Assembly (NCBI GenBank): GCA_964036045.1
Contig: OZ038378.1
Coordinates: 146,878,001 to 146,942,000 of the forward strand
DNA length: 64,000 nucleotides
DNA from: Eutreptiella sp. 'Long Island Sound 2002'
Lineage: Eukaryota; Protista; Euglenida
Reading direction: 5' to 3'
The translations under genes were made by a program, and so were the position numbers. Shown in pieces: positions 13,601 through 25,600 of this stretch. Numbering within the stretch: the first letter of the stretch is position 1; every line of letters starts with the position of its first letter. A model generated the notes under the pieces. The model was given only the letters and a program-made list of their open reading frames with translations. It was not told the origin of the DNA and made no database searches.

Positions 13601-16600
13601 CCCCCGGCCGGGCCCACCAACCGCCACCGCTCCGCACGTGACGTCGCAGGGCAGGGGCTGCCCCGCAGACCTGCCCCCCCCCCCAAACGGTGTGCCCCCG
13701 GGGCAGACCACATGTGATGTGCGGTGGAGGCGGACGGGGCATGGGCTGTGGGCTGTTTGGGAGGGGGCATGGCCCAGGGCCTCTGTGCGGCAGACGCTGG
13801 GCCCCGGAGGGCGTTGTGCGTGAACCGGCCACTGCGCTGCGCGCCGCCCCCCCCGGCACTGTTCTGAGAGGGGGGGGCCCAGGACGTGCGCCCCCCTTCC
13901 GCATCGGCGGGGGAAGAGCGCCCTCCACACTTCACCGTCCGAGAACGACTGAATGTGAGGCGGGGGAGTGGACGCCGTGAGGGCCAGTGGGGGTCGGGGG
14001 GGCGGACAGTCCACCCTCATCCCCCCCCCCCCCCACACACACCGTCTCCACTGGCACACCCACTCCCCCTCTGATGCCCCGCCCCCTGCGTTGTCCCCCT
14101 TTCATGGCCTTTGTTTTGCGGAAGTGTGTGTGTGTGTTCGGGGGCAGGGGGGCGGGGCTGCTGCGTTTTTGGGGCCGGCCATTAAACGCCCCACGCCCCG
14201 GGCCACGGCCACCGGGGGGTTGGGTGGGAGGCAGCGCGTTCCCCTGGACCCCCGGGCGGGTTTGGGGACGGCAGAAGGTCCGGTTTTGTGCGGGTGCTCG
14301 TGTGTCGCTCGTCATGGGCCGATGGTTAAGGACAACCCCGGAGCCCGCCAACCGCCAACTGCTGCCACCTACCGCCAACCGCCAACCGCCACCCGCCAAC
14401 TGCTGTCAACTGCCACCAACCGCCAACCGCCACCCGCCAACTGCTGCCAACTGCCACCAACCGCCAACTGCCACCCGCCAACTGCTGCCAACTGCCACCA
14501 ACCGCCAATCGCCAACCGCCAACCGAGACCATGAAGCAGCGAGCGTCCCCGTGAACATTCGTTTGCTTTGGTGTTACGAACCCCCCCCCCCCTTAAGGAC
14601 AGCCCTGCTGCCGGTGGCACATGATCCCCCTCCCCCTCCTCTTGCCTGGGGGCCCTGTGGGCGCCCCCCCCTCCCCCGGGACCGAGGGCCCTGTGCGCCG
14701 CACCCCCTCTTCCGCAGCGATGGTCAGTGAACTGGAGGACGCGGAGGCGCTGGGCGGGAGCAGCTGGCGATCGAGGAGCGCTACCTGAGGGGGCTGCTGC
14801 ACGCGGACCATGTGCGGGAGGCCGCCGCCGTCGCCCACAGGGCCCGTGCCCGGGGCAAACAGGTCCTGCCCCCCCCCACACCCCCCACACACCCCCGCTG
14901 CCGCCATGGCCCCGTGCCGATCTGGAGGATGCCCCCTGGGGGGGGGGGCGTCCTCCTGGAGGCTGCCCCCCGCCACCGGGGGCACAGGCCGCGGCGGAGC
15001 AGCCGCAGCGCGCGCCCTGCGGGGCTGTGCTCCCCCCCCCCCGTCCCTACCCCCCCCCCAAAACAAAGATAATGGGGGGGGGCTCCCAAAGATGGGGACA
15101 TCATGGGCCTCTTGCAGTCCTTTGCCCCCCCCCCCCAAGTCCGTTCACCCCCCCCCCCCCAAAGTCCACGAGTGGAGGGGGCGCCCCTGAGAAGGCCCCC
15201 CACGTCCGTCCCCCCGGCAGTACACCCCCCGGGCGTACCCCATCCGCCGTCACGCCCCCCCCCCCCCCCAATACACCCACAACCACTGAAAAGGGCCCCC
15301 CAAAACCCCTTTTTTTCAAAGCAACGCCCGCAGTTCTGTGCCCAACGTCCGACCGCCTGCCCTTCGACGGGGGGGGGGGGGGCGCCGGTGGTCTTGGGGT
15401 GCCCCCAACACCGACCCCCCCTCCCCCCCCGATGGCCCAGGGCGAGGGCCGGTGCCCTCCTCCGTGTGGGCCCGACACGGGGCAGTGGAATGGGGACTGT
15501 CCTGCGTTGGCACAACCGGCGGAGGGAGAGGCAGGGGGCGTGTGGGGGGGGGGGGGGCGAGGCAGGGGGGGGAGGGGGGGGGCACGAGGGGGGGGGGAGA
15601 GGCAGATGGGGCACCGCCGCCTGCGGAGGGGGAGGGGTCAAGGGAAGTGGAAGGGGACGTGGCGAGAGGCGCCGCCCGCCGCAGACCCCCCTCCGTCCGC
15701 CAGCGCTGAGAGGGAGGGCGCGGGGGGTAGACAGACCATGACCTTCCGATGGAGAGTGCATGGGCGCATCACAAACACTGGACTGCCCTGTGCCCCTGTG
15801 CCGAGGGGGTGTAGTGGATACCCCCCCCCCCCCACCCACCGGCACACCATCCAAAGGCAATGGGGCGGGGGGTGGGCATTGGAAAGGGGGAGGGGGTACC
15901 TCCCCCCCCCCCCCTCCCCCTCCAGGGCCCTACGCCCTCCGGGGGGGTCATGCCCCTGCCTTGTACACGGGCCCTGGGGATCGGCTTGGCCCGGGAACAG
16001 CCCCCCTCCCCCCCCCCCCCAAAGGCCCTCTGGATGGTGCGGTAGGCCAGAGCCTACAGCCAATCCGGAATGATGGCGCCCCCCCCCCACCCCCATTGAC
16101 GTCCGCTCGATGCCTCTCAATGGTCTGCGCCAGAGAACACCCCCCGCCTGCCCAGCCCTTGGCCACAGGCATTGCTCTCCTGCCGTCAGATAAGATCATT
16201 CGCTTTGGGGGGGGGGGGGGTGGCTTTCTGAGCGTCTACTTTTTTTCGACTGAAAGGCGCTATGGTACCACTGATGAGGATTTGGTTGTGCTGACGTGTG
16301 CTTGACTGTTGACTAGCACACCACACGACGGGGGGGGGGGGGGGGCTGGTATGACGTGTGCTTGACTGTTGACTAGCACACCACACGACGGGGGGGGGGG
16401 GGGCTGGTATGACGTGTGCTTGACTGTTGACTAGCACACCACACGACGGGGGGGGGGGGGCTGGTATGACGTGTGCTTGACTGTTGACTAGCACACCACA
16501 CGACGGGGGGGGGGGGGCTGGTATGACGTGTGCTTGACTGTTGACTAGCACACCACACGACGGGGGGGGGGGGGGCTGGTATGACGTGTGCTTGACTGTT

Positions 16601-19600
16601 GACTAGCACACCACACGACGGGGGGGGGGGGGGCTGGTATGACGTGTGCTTGACTGTTGACTAGCACACCACACGACGGGGGGGGGGGGGCTGGTATGAC
16701 GTGTGCTTGACTGTTGACTAGCACACCACACGACGGGGGGGGGGGGGCTGGTATGACGTGTGCTTGACTGTTGACTAGCACACCACACGACGGGGGGGGG
16801 GGGGGGGCTGGTATGACGTGTGCTTGACTGTTGACTAGCACACCACACGACGGGGGGGGGGGGGCTGGTATGACGTGTGCTTGACTGTTGACTAGCACAC
16901 CACACGACGGGGGGGGGGGGGCTGGTATGACGTGTGCTTGACTGTTGACTAGCACACCACACGACGGGGGGGGGGGGGGCTGGTATGACGTGTGCTTGAC
17001 TGTTGACTAGCACACCACACGACGGGGGGGGGGGGGGCTGGTATGACGTGTGCTTGACTGTTGACTAGCACACCACACGACGGGGGGGGGGGGGGGCTGG
17101 TATGACGTGTGCTTGACTGTTGACTAGCACACCACACGACGGGGGGGGGGGGGGGGGCTGGTATGACGTGTGCTTGACTGTTGACTAGCACACCACACGA
17201 CGGGGGGGGGGGGGGGGCTGGTATGACGTGTGCTTGACTGTTGACTAGCACACCACACGAGGGGGGGGGGGGGGGGGCTGGTATGACGTGTGCTTGACTG
17301 TTGACTAGCACACCACACGACGGGGGGGGGGGGGGCTGGTATGACGTGTGCTTGACTGTTGACTAGCACACCACACGACGGGGGGGGGGGGGGGCTGGTA
17401 TGACGTGTGCTTGACTGTTGACTAGCACACCACACGACGGGGGGGGGGGGGGGGCTGGTATGACGTGTGCTTGACTGTTGACTAGCACACCACACGACGG
17501 GGGGGGGGGGGCTGGTATGACGTGTGCTTGACTGTTGACTAGCACACCACACGACGGGGGGGGGGGGGGCTGGTATGACGTGTGCTTGACTGTTGACTAG
17601 CACACCACACGACGGGGGGGGGGGGCTGGTATGACGTGTGCTTGACTGTTGACTAGCACACCACACGACGGGGGGGGGGGGCTGGTATGACGTGTGCTTG
17701 ACTGTTGACTAGCACACCACACGACGGGGGGGGGGGGGGCTGGTATGACGTGTGCTTGACTGTTGACTAGCACACCACACGACGGGGGGGGGGGGCTGGT
17801 ATGACGCCCGCCGTACGCCCCCAGTCCCGACCCGGAACACCATTCCGCCTGCCGTGCACCTGCAGAGGAACAGGCCCCCCGCCCTCCGAATCAAGAGGAG
17901 TGCCCTGCCTGCCAGCCCCCGGTCTGGTCAGGGGGGGGTAGGGGCTGTGTAGCCGTCCCGCTGCCTCTTGTATCGTGGGGACCTGCGGTAGCGTGGGGTG
18001 TGCCCGAATGCTGCTGCCCCCGTGCGGCCTCCCCGGGGGGGTCTGAGGGGTGATGGGCGTGGGGCCAGGCAGCCGCACGGGGGGGGGGGGGGGCAGGCAG
18101 CCGCACTGCGGGTGCGGTGCCGGTCATCGAGGGCCTGGAGCGCTGCTCTGAGTCAGAGAGGCACAGGCCCTCGCGCATGTGCAGTGCTGCGGGCGTGACA
18201 GCGTGGGCAACCCGGCGGGACGGCGATGGGGGGGGGGGGGAGGGGGGGCGGCACCCCACAGCCCATCCCACTGGGCCAACAGTCACGGCGGATGCCTCGG
18301 CCTTGTGACCCAACCCGGCGTGTTCCTGCCGCGGGCTGCCCCCCCCCCGAATGTCGTGGCGGTTCCCCCTCGGAGGAGGGGGGGCTGCATCACACAACAG
18401 TAGCACTAAACCTGCAGCATCAACTAAAGAAAAGGTTTTCGTCGGCGCCTGGCATCTCCAATGCTTTTTGGGCCAACATAGCCAACATAGCCCCCCCCCC
18501 CCCCCGAGTGGGGGGAGATATTTCGGGGCGGGGGGGGGGGGGGGCTATGTTTCTGATGCAATGCAACATGAAGCACTGGTGTAGGGCTTTCTCTTGTGGC
18601 GGGACCCATGCAGCGATGCAGTCGGTTTCGGGTCCTGGTGTTGCGGGGGGAGGGGGGGGGGTGCCTGATGCCTATGGGGAAACAGAAACAAGGGGCCAAG
18701 ACCGCGGCGTGCGGAGCTGTGTTTGTGTTTTGTGTCCCAGTGCATGCAGCACCCTTACAGGGGGGAGGTGTAGACCTCCTGTGGCAGTCAGCCCCTCCCC
18801 CCCCCACCACCACTAAGGCCAACCACCAAGGCCTTGTGCCAAACCCCCCCAAACGGTTCTGTAGCCCCCCCTCCCCTGTGCCGCCCTACCCCACCCTTCC
18901 GTAGGACCCCCTTTGCACCCTCCCCTCATTCCTGTCCCCCCTCAACATGTCCCCCGTTGGTATCACAAACGCCGTCCCTGTCCCAGATCGCTGAACAAGA
19001 GAGGCAGGCGATGGAGCGCCAGGAGATGCGGGACCGCGAGTTCATCCGGGAGGCGGCCCTCGCGCAGGAGCGGAGTGAGCGGATGGCCCAGCGGCAGGAA
19101 GAGCTGGAGAGGCTGGCGCAGAAGCAGGCAGAAGCGCGCAAGGCCAGCCCCAAAAGGAAGAAGAATGGGGAATGGGGGACCAAGATGGAGTACAATAGCA
19201 GACGCGCCATTGGCAACGTGAGCGCAGGAGTGAGGTGTGTTTGAGTGTGTGTGTGTGTGTGTGTGTGTGCGCGGTTTATGCAAGAGCCCACCACCTGCTG
19301 TGCGCCCACGGTGCGGTTTATGCAAGAGCCCACCACCTGCTGTGCGCCCACGGTGCGGTTTATGCAAGAGCCCACCACCTGCTGTGCGCCCACGGTGCGG
19401 TTTATGCAAGAGCCCACCACCTGCTGTGCGCCCAGGGTGCGGTTTACGCAAGAGCCCACCACCTGCTGTGCGCCCAGGGTGCGGTTTATGCAAGAGCCCA
19501 CCACCTGCTGTGCGCCCACGGTGCGGTTTATGCAAGAGCCCACCACCTGCTGTGCGCCCAGGGTGCGGTTTACGCAAGAGCCCACCACCTGCTGTGCGCC

Positions 19601-22600
19601 CACGGTGCGGTTTATGCAAGAGCCCACCACCTGCTGTGCGCCCACGGTGCGGTTTATGCAAGAGCCCACCACCTGCTGTGCGCCCACGGTGCGGTTTATG
19701 CAAGAGCCCACCACCTGCTGTGCGCCCACGGTGCGGTTTATGCAAGAGCCCACCACCTGCTGTGCGCCCACGGTGCGGTTTATGCAAGAGCCCACCACCT
19801 GCTGTGCGCCCACGGTGCGGTTTATGCAAGAGCCCACCACCTGCTGTGCGCCCACCGTGCGGTTTACGCAAGAGCCCACCACCTGCTGTGCGCCCAGGGT
19901 GCGGTTTATGCAAGAGCCCACCACCTGCTGTGCGCCCAGGGTGCGGTTTACGCAAGAGCCCACCACCTGCTGTGCGCCCACGGTGCGGTTTATGCAAGAG
20001 CCCACCACCTGCTGTGCGCCCAGGGTGCGGTTTACGCAAGAGCCCACCACCTGCTGTGCGCCCAGGGTGCGGTTTATGCAAGAGCCCACCACCTGCTGTG
20101 CGCCCAGGGTGCGGTTTATGCAAGAGCCCACCACCTGCTGTGCGCCCACGGTGCGGTTTATGCAAGAGCCCACCACCTGCTGTGCGCCCAGGGTGCGGTT
20201 TACGCAAGAGCCCACCACCTGCTGTGCGCCCAGGGTGCGGTTTACGCAAGAGCCCACCACCTGCTGTGCGCCCACGGTGCGGTTTACGCAAGAGCCCACC
20301 ACCTGCTGTGCGCCCACGGTGCGGTTTACGCAAGAGCCCACCACCTGCTGTGCGCCCAGGGTGCGGTTTATGCAAGAGCCCACCACCTGCTGTGCGCCCA
20401 CGGTGCGGTTTATGCAAGAGCCCACCACCTGCTGTGCGCCCACGGTGCGGTTTATGCAAGAGCCCACCACCTGCTGTGCGCCCACGGTGCGGTTTATGCA
20501 AGAGCCCACCACCTGCTGTGCGCCCAGGGTGCGGTTTATGCAAGAGCCCACCACCTGCTGTGCGCCCAGGGTGCGGTTTATGCAAGAGCCCACCACCTGC
20601 TGTGCGCCCACGGTGCGGTTTACGCAAGAGCCCACCACCTGCTGTGCGCCCACGGTGCGGTTTATGCAAGAGCCCACCACCTGCTGTGCGCCCCGGGTGC
20701 GGTTTACGCAAGAGCCCACCACCTGCTGTGCGCCCAGGGTGCGGTTTACGCAAGAGCCCACCACCTGCTGTGCGCCCAGGGTGCGGTTTATGCAAGAGCC
20801 CACCACCTGCTGTGCGCCCACGGTGCGGTTTACGCAAGAGCCCACCACCTGCTGTGCGCCCACGGTGCGGTTTACGCAAGAGCCCACCACCTGCTGTGCG
20901 CCCAGGGTGCGGTTTACGCAAGAGCCCACCACCTGCTGTGCGCCCAGGGTGCGGTTTATGCAAGAGCCCACCACCTGCTGTGCGCCCAGGGTGCGGTTTA
21001 TGCAAGAGCCCACCACCTGCTGTGCGCCCAGGGTGCGGTTTATGCAAGAGCCCACCACCTGCTGTGCGCCCACGGTGCGGTTTATGCAAGAGCCCACCAC
21101 CTGCTGTGCGCCCACGGTGCGGTTTATGCAAGAGCCCACCACCTGCTGTGCGCCCACGGTGCGGTTTATGCAAGAGCCCACCACCTGCTGTGCGCCCACG
21201 GTGCGGTTTATGCAAGAGCCCACCACCTGCTGTGCGCCCACGGTGCGGTTTATGCAAGAGCCCACCACCTGCTGTGCGCCCACGGTGCGGTTTATGCAAG
21301 AGCCCACCACCTGCTGTACGCCCACGGTGCGGTTTATGCAAGAGCCCACCACCTGCTGTGCGCCCAGGGTGCGGTTTACGCAAGAGCCCACCACCTGCTG
21401 TGCGCCCAGGGTGCGGTTTACGCAAGAGCCCACCACCTGCTGTGCGCCCACGGTGCGGTTTACGCAAGAGCCCACCACCTGCTGTGCGCCCACGGTGCGG
21501 TTTACGCAAGAGCCCACCACCTGCTGTGCGCCCACGGTGCGGTTTATGCAAGAGCCCACCACCTGCTGTGCGCCCACGGTGCGGTTTATGCAAGAGCCCA
21601 CCACCTGCTGTGCGCCCACGGTGCGGTTTATGCAAGAGCCCACCACCTGCTGTGCGCCCACGGTGCGGTTTATGCAAGAGCCCACCACCTGCTGTGCGCC
21701 CAAGGTGCGGTTTATGCAAGAGCCCACCACCTGCTGTGCGCCCAGGGTGCGGTTTATGCAAGAGCCCACCACCTGCTGTGCGCCCACGGTGCGGTTTACG
21801 CAAGAGCCCACCACCTGCTGTGCGCCCACGGTGCGGTTTATGCAAGAGCCCACCACCTGCTGTGCGCCCCGGGTGCGGTTTACGCAAGAGCCCACCACCT
21901 GCTGTGCGCCCAGGGTGCGGTTTACGCAAGAGCCCACCACCTGCTGTGCGCCCACGGTGCGGTTTATGCAAGAGCCCACCACCTGCTGTGCGCCCACGGT
22001 GCGGTTTACGCAAGAGCCCACCACCTGCTGTGCGCCCACGGTGCGGTTTACGCAAGAGCCCACCACCTGCTGTGCGCCCAGGGTGCGGTTTACGCAAGAG
22101 CCCACCACCTGCTGTGCGCCCAGGGTGCGGTTTATGCAAGAGCCCACCACCTGCTGTGCGCCCAGGGTGCGGTTTATGCAAGAGCCCACCACCTGCTGTG
22201 CGCCCAGGGTGCGGTTTATGCAAGAGCCCACCACCTGCTGTGCGCCCAGGGTGCGGTTTATGCAAGAGCCCACCACCTGCTGTGCGCCCACGGTGCGGTT
22301 TATGCAAGAGCCCACCACCTGCTGTGCGCCCACGGTGCGGTTTATGCAAGAGCCCACCACCTGCTGTGCGCCCACGGTGCGGTTTATGCAAGAGCCCACC
22401 ACCTGCTGTGCGCCCACGGTGCGGTTTATGCAAGAGCCCACCACCTGCTGTGCGCCCACGGTGCGGTTTATGCAAGAGCCCACCACCTGCTGTACGCCCA
22501 CGGTGCGGTTTATGCAAGAGCTCACCACCTGCCGTGCGCCCAGGGTGCGGTTTACGCAAGAGCCCACCACCTGCTGTGCGCCCACGGTGCGGTTTACGCA

Positions 22601-25600
22601 AGAGCCCACCACCTGCTGTGCGCCCACGGTGCGGTTTATGCAAGAGCCCACCACCTGCTGTGCGCCCACGGTGCGGTTTATGCAAGAGCCCACCACCTGC
22701 TGTGCGCCCAGGGTGCGGTTTATGCAAGAGCCCACCACCTGCTGTGCGCCCACGGTGCGGTTTACGCAAGAGCCCACCACCTGCTGTGCGCCCAGGGTGC
22801 GGTTTATGCAAGAGCCCACCACCTGCTGTGCGCCCACGGTGCGGTTTATGCAAGAGCCCACCACCTGCTGTGCGCCCAGGGTGCGGTTTACGCAAGAGCC
22901 CACCACCTGCTGTGCGCCCACGGTGCGGTTTATGCAAGAGCCCACCACCTGCTGTGCGCCCACGGTGCGGTTTATGCAAGAGCCCACCACCTGCTGTGCG
23001 CCCACGGTGCGGTTTATGCAAGAGCCCACCACCTGCTGTGCGCCCACGGTGCGGTTTATGCAAGAGCCCACCACCTGCTGTGCGCCCACGGTGCGGTTTA
23101 TGCAAGAGCCCACCACCTGCTGTGCGCCCAGGGTGCGGTTTATGCAAGAGCCCACCACCTGCTGTGCGCCCACCGTGCGGTTTATGCAAGAGCCCACCAC
23201 CTGCTGTGCGCCCACGGTGCGGTTTATGCAAGAGCCCACCACCTGCTGTGCGCCCACGGTGCGGTCGTAAACCGGTTAGTCCACTGGCTCACCCGTCACG
23301 CTCAGTGAGAGGGGACACGCTACACTAACCACGTCATCCCCGGCGTCTTCCAACCCGAGGGTTACCAACCGGCCTCGTGCGCCGTGGGTGAGCGAGTGGG
23401 CTTCGCCATGGGGACCAAGTGTGCGGCCCCATGGCCCCATATGTCTCTTTGTGCAATCGAAAAGAACACATCAAATGTTGAATAACCACTTCCTTAGTCG
23501 CTATTTGGATGACGGGTTGGTGTTGCACCCCTGGGGTGAAGGTGAAGCGCTGAAGACCCATCTCCGTGGGGTTTATCCGGCAGCTTTGCCATTTGAATTT
23601 GAAAGGTTTGAGGGGACATCAAATGTGGTGTTTTTGGATATATGTTCTGTGAGCATTGTACCGTTGAGGCGCCGCGTCCAATTGGAAAGCGACGCGTTGT
23701 TGTTCGTATGTCCCCCGGGAGCCAATGTGCCCAGGCATATTCGCATTGCATGGGTCCGGGCCGAATTCATCCGGTACATACGAATTCATGCGGTACATAC
23801 GAATTCATCCGGTACATACGCATTTCCGCACACCAACACTTTTTATTTCGCGGCATCGCAGCGGCTCATTGAGGCGCTACATTGGCTGTCCTCCCCCAAA
23901 CATGTGATTGAAAGTCTGTGGATACCGTGGGGTTGTAGGAGGAAGCACACACGACTTCAGAGGGGCTTGCCTCTAGGGGAAGAGGAGGTGCAATGCTCTC
24001 TTTCTCAAGTGGAAAATACGGATGCGAGGGATGGTGGGGGGGGATCGCCTCGAAGAGAGGTTGTTAGATCAAGTGCAGGCGCGTGCGTTGTATACCCCCC
24101 CTTTGGGGGGTCATTCGCGTAGCATACCCCAAGGCATGATATTGGATGTCCAACCCCTTGTAAAATCATTATTTTGCCCAATAAAACGATCTGGGCTGTG
24201 TGTCTGTACGCGTGCTGTGTGCTTATATGTCTGTTTTCTGGGGGCTGCCCAGCCCGTTTATTTGGCCACCTTGTTTTGTGAGCTGCCCCCAGCACCCCTT
24301 GCCTTCCCGCCGGCTCACGGAGCGGTTGCGGCAACCTGCCTCCGTGGAGAGGGCAATGGGCTGTTGCTCTCCTGCAGGGGGCTGCGGGCAGGTGGCTATA
24401 TAGCGTCTAGGTACCACACTGTAGGCGGCAGCAGGGAGCTGAGGTCCTGCGGTTCACTGCCACCTCCAGTAATCTCGAGCGGTGCATCGCCACACTGCAG
24501 AGAGCAGTGTGCAGCTGAACTCCTATGCCACCGTCACAGGGCCCCGACTGGCTTCCCCACCTCCAAGCCCTCCAACGTAACGACCCCCCCAACCCCATCC
24601 CCATCTACACCCCGGACAAAAACACCGTACCACTGCCACTGGCACAAAGGCACCCACATGTATGCCATCCCGGGCGTACACACACCCAGTGACCACCCTC
24701 AGCATACCAGGAAGGCTAGCAGTGTGAAAAAACTCTATTGCCTTCGGCAGTGCACCTCGAAGAGAGGCTGACAGTCAGCCAATCAGTCAGGCAGGCAAGA
24801 AGGCAGTCAGGCAGTTAGTCGGGCAAGCAGGCAGGCAGACAGGCAGATAGAGACACACAGTTTGGGGTTTGTGGCGGACTTGGCTACAAGCAGTGGGGAG
24901 CCCAACGTGTAACTGAAACTGGATATCACATTTTGGGGGGGGGTCAAAAATTTGTGCTCAGAAGGATTTGAACCATGGTCAGGTACAACAAAGCTTACAA
25001 GTCGGCCAGCTCAGCCGGCGGTCGGCCGGCCGGAAATCGAACCACCGACCTGATTGTTGGCAGTCGGGGGCATCCCCATTCGACCGCTGGGGGTTAGAGG
25101 CCTCAGAATCAAAAAATCCAATGGGGGACACGTTTTGCACTTCCTCATGTGCAAAACCCCGGCCATTGCCATCTGGTAAGAGCACCTTGGGCACACGCAC
25201 GCGCACACCCACACCCACACCCACACGCACACGCACACCAGAGTGCATAGGATGGGGTGCATCACATGTCCGTCTCTTCCTTGCCCTTTCCAGTCTGCCC
25301 CCCCCCCCCTTCCCATGCCTGGGGGGCCTGCCTCACCATTACTCAGACCCCCCTCCCGTCTCTACTCCTGTCCGTGCCGCAGGGAGCTGCACAAGGCGCA
25401 GGACGAGCGGCATTGGATGAAGACCTTGGCGCCCAAGACCAACGACCCGTACAGTTACAAGGCCTATCAAGACTGGGAGGGCCGCTTTTTGTTGGAGCGG
25501 GAGGCCAAAGTGGAGGTTTGCCCCACTGCCAGAGAGAATGGGTGCGTCCCTGGAGTGCCGTCCGTCCCCGTCTTTATGTGTTTATTTCTTTCAACACCCA

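Noticed and set aside
16293-17808. CRISPR-like array (palindromic repeat, regular spacing)
   Set aside because: The spacers are only G-runs, there are no cas genes, and the context is a eukaryotic intron.
18926-23328. Five ORFs of 1,300-1,440 aa
   Set aside because: These are translations of the stop-free 42-bp array on both strands. Only 18987-19234 is a real exon, and it splices out before the array.
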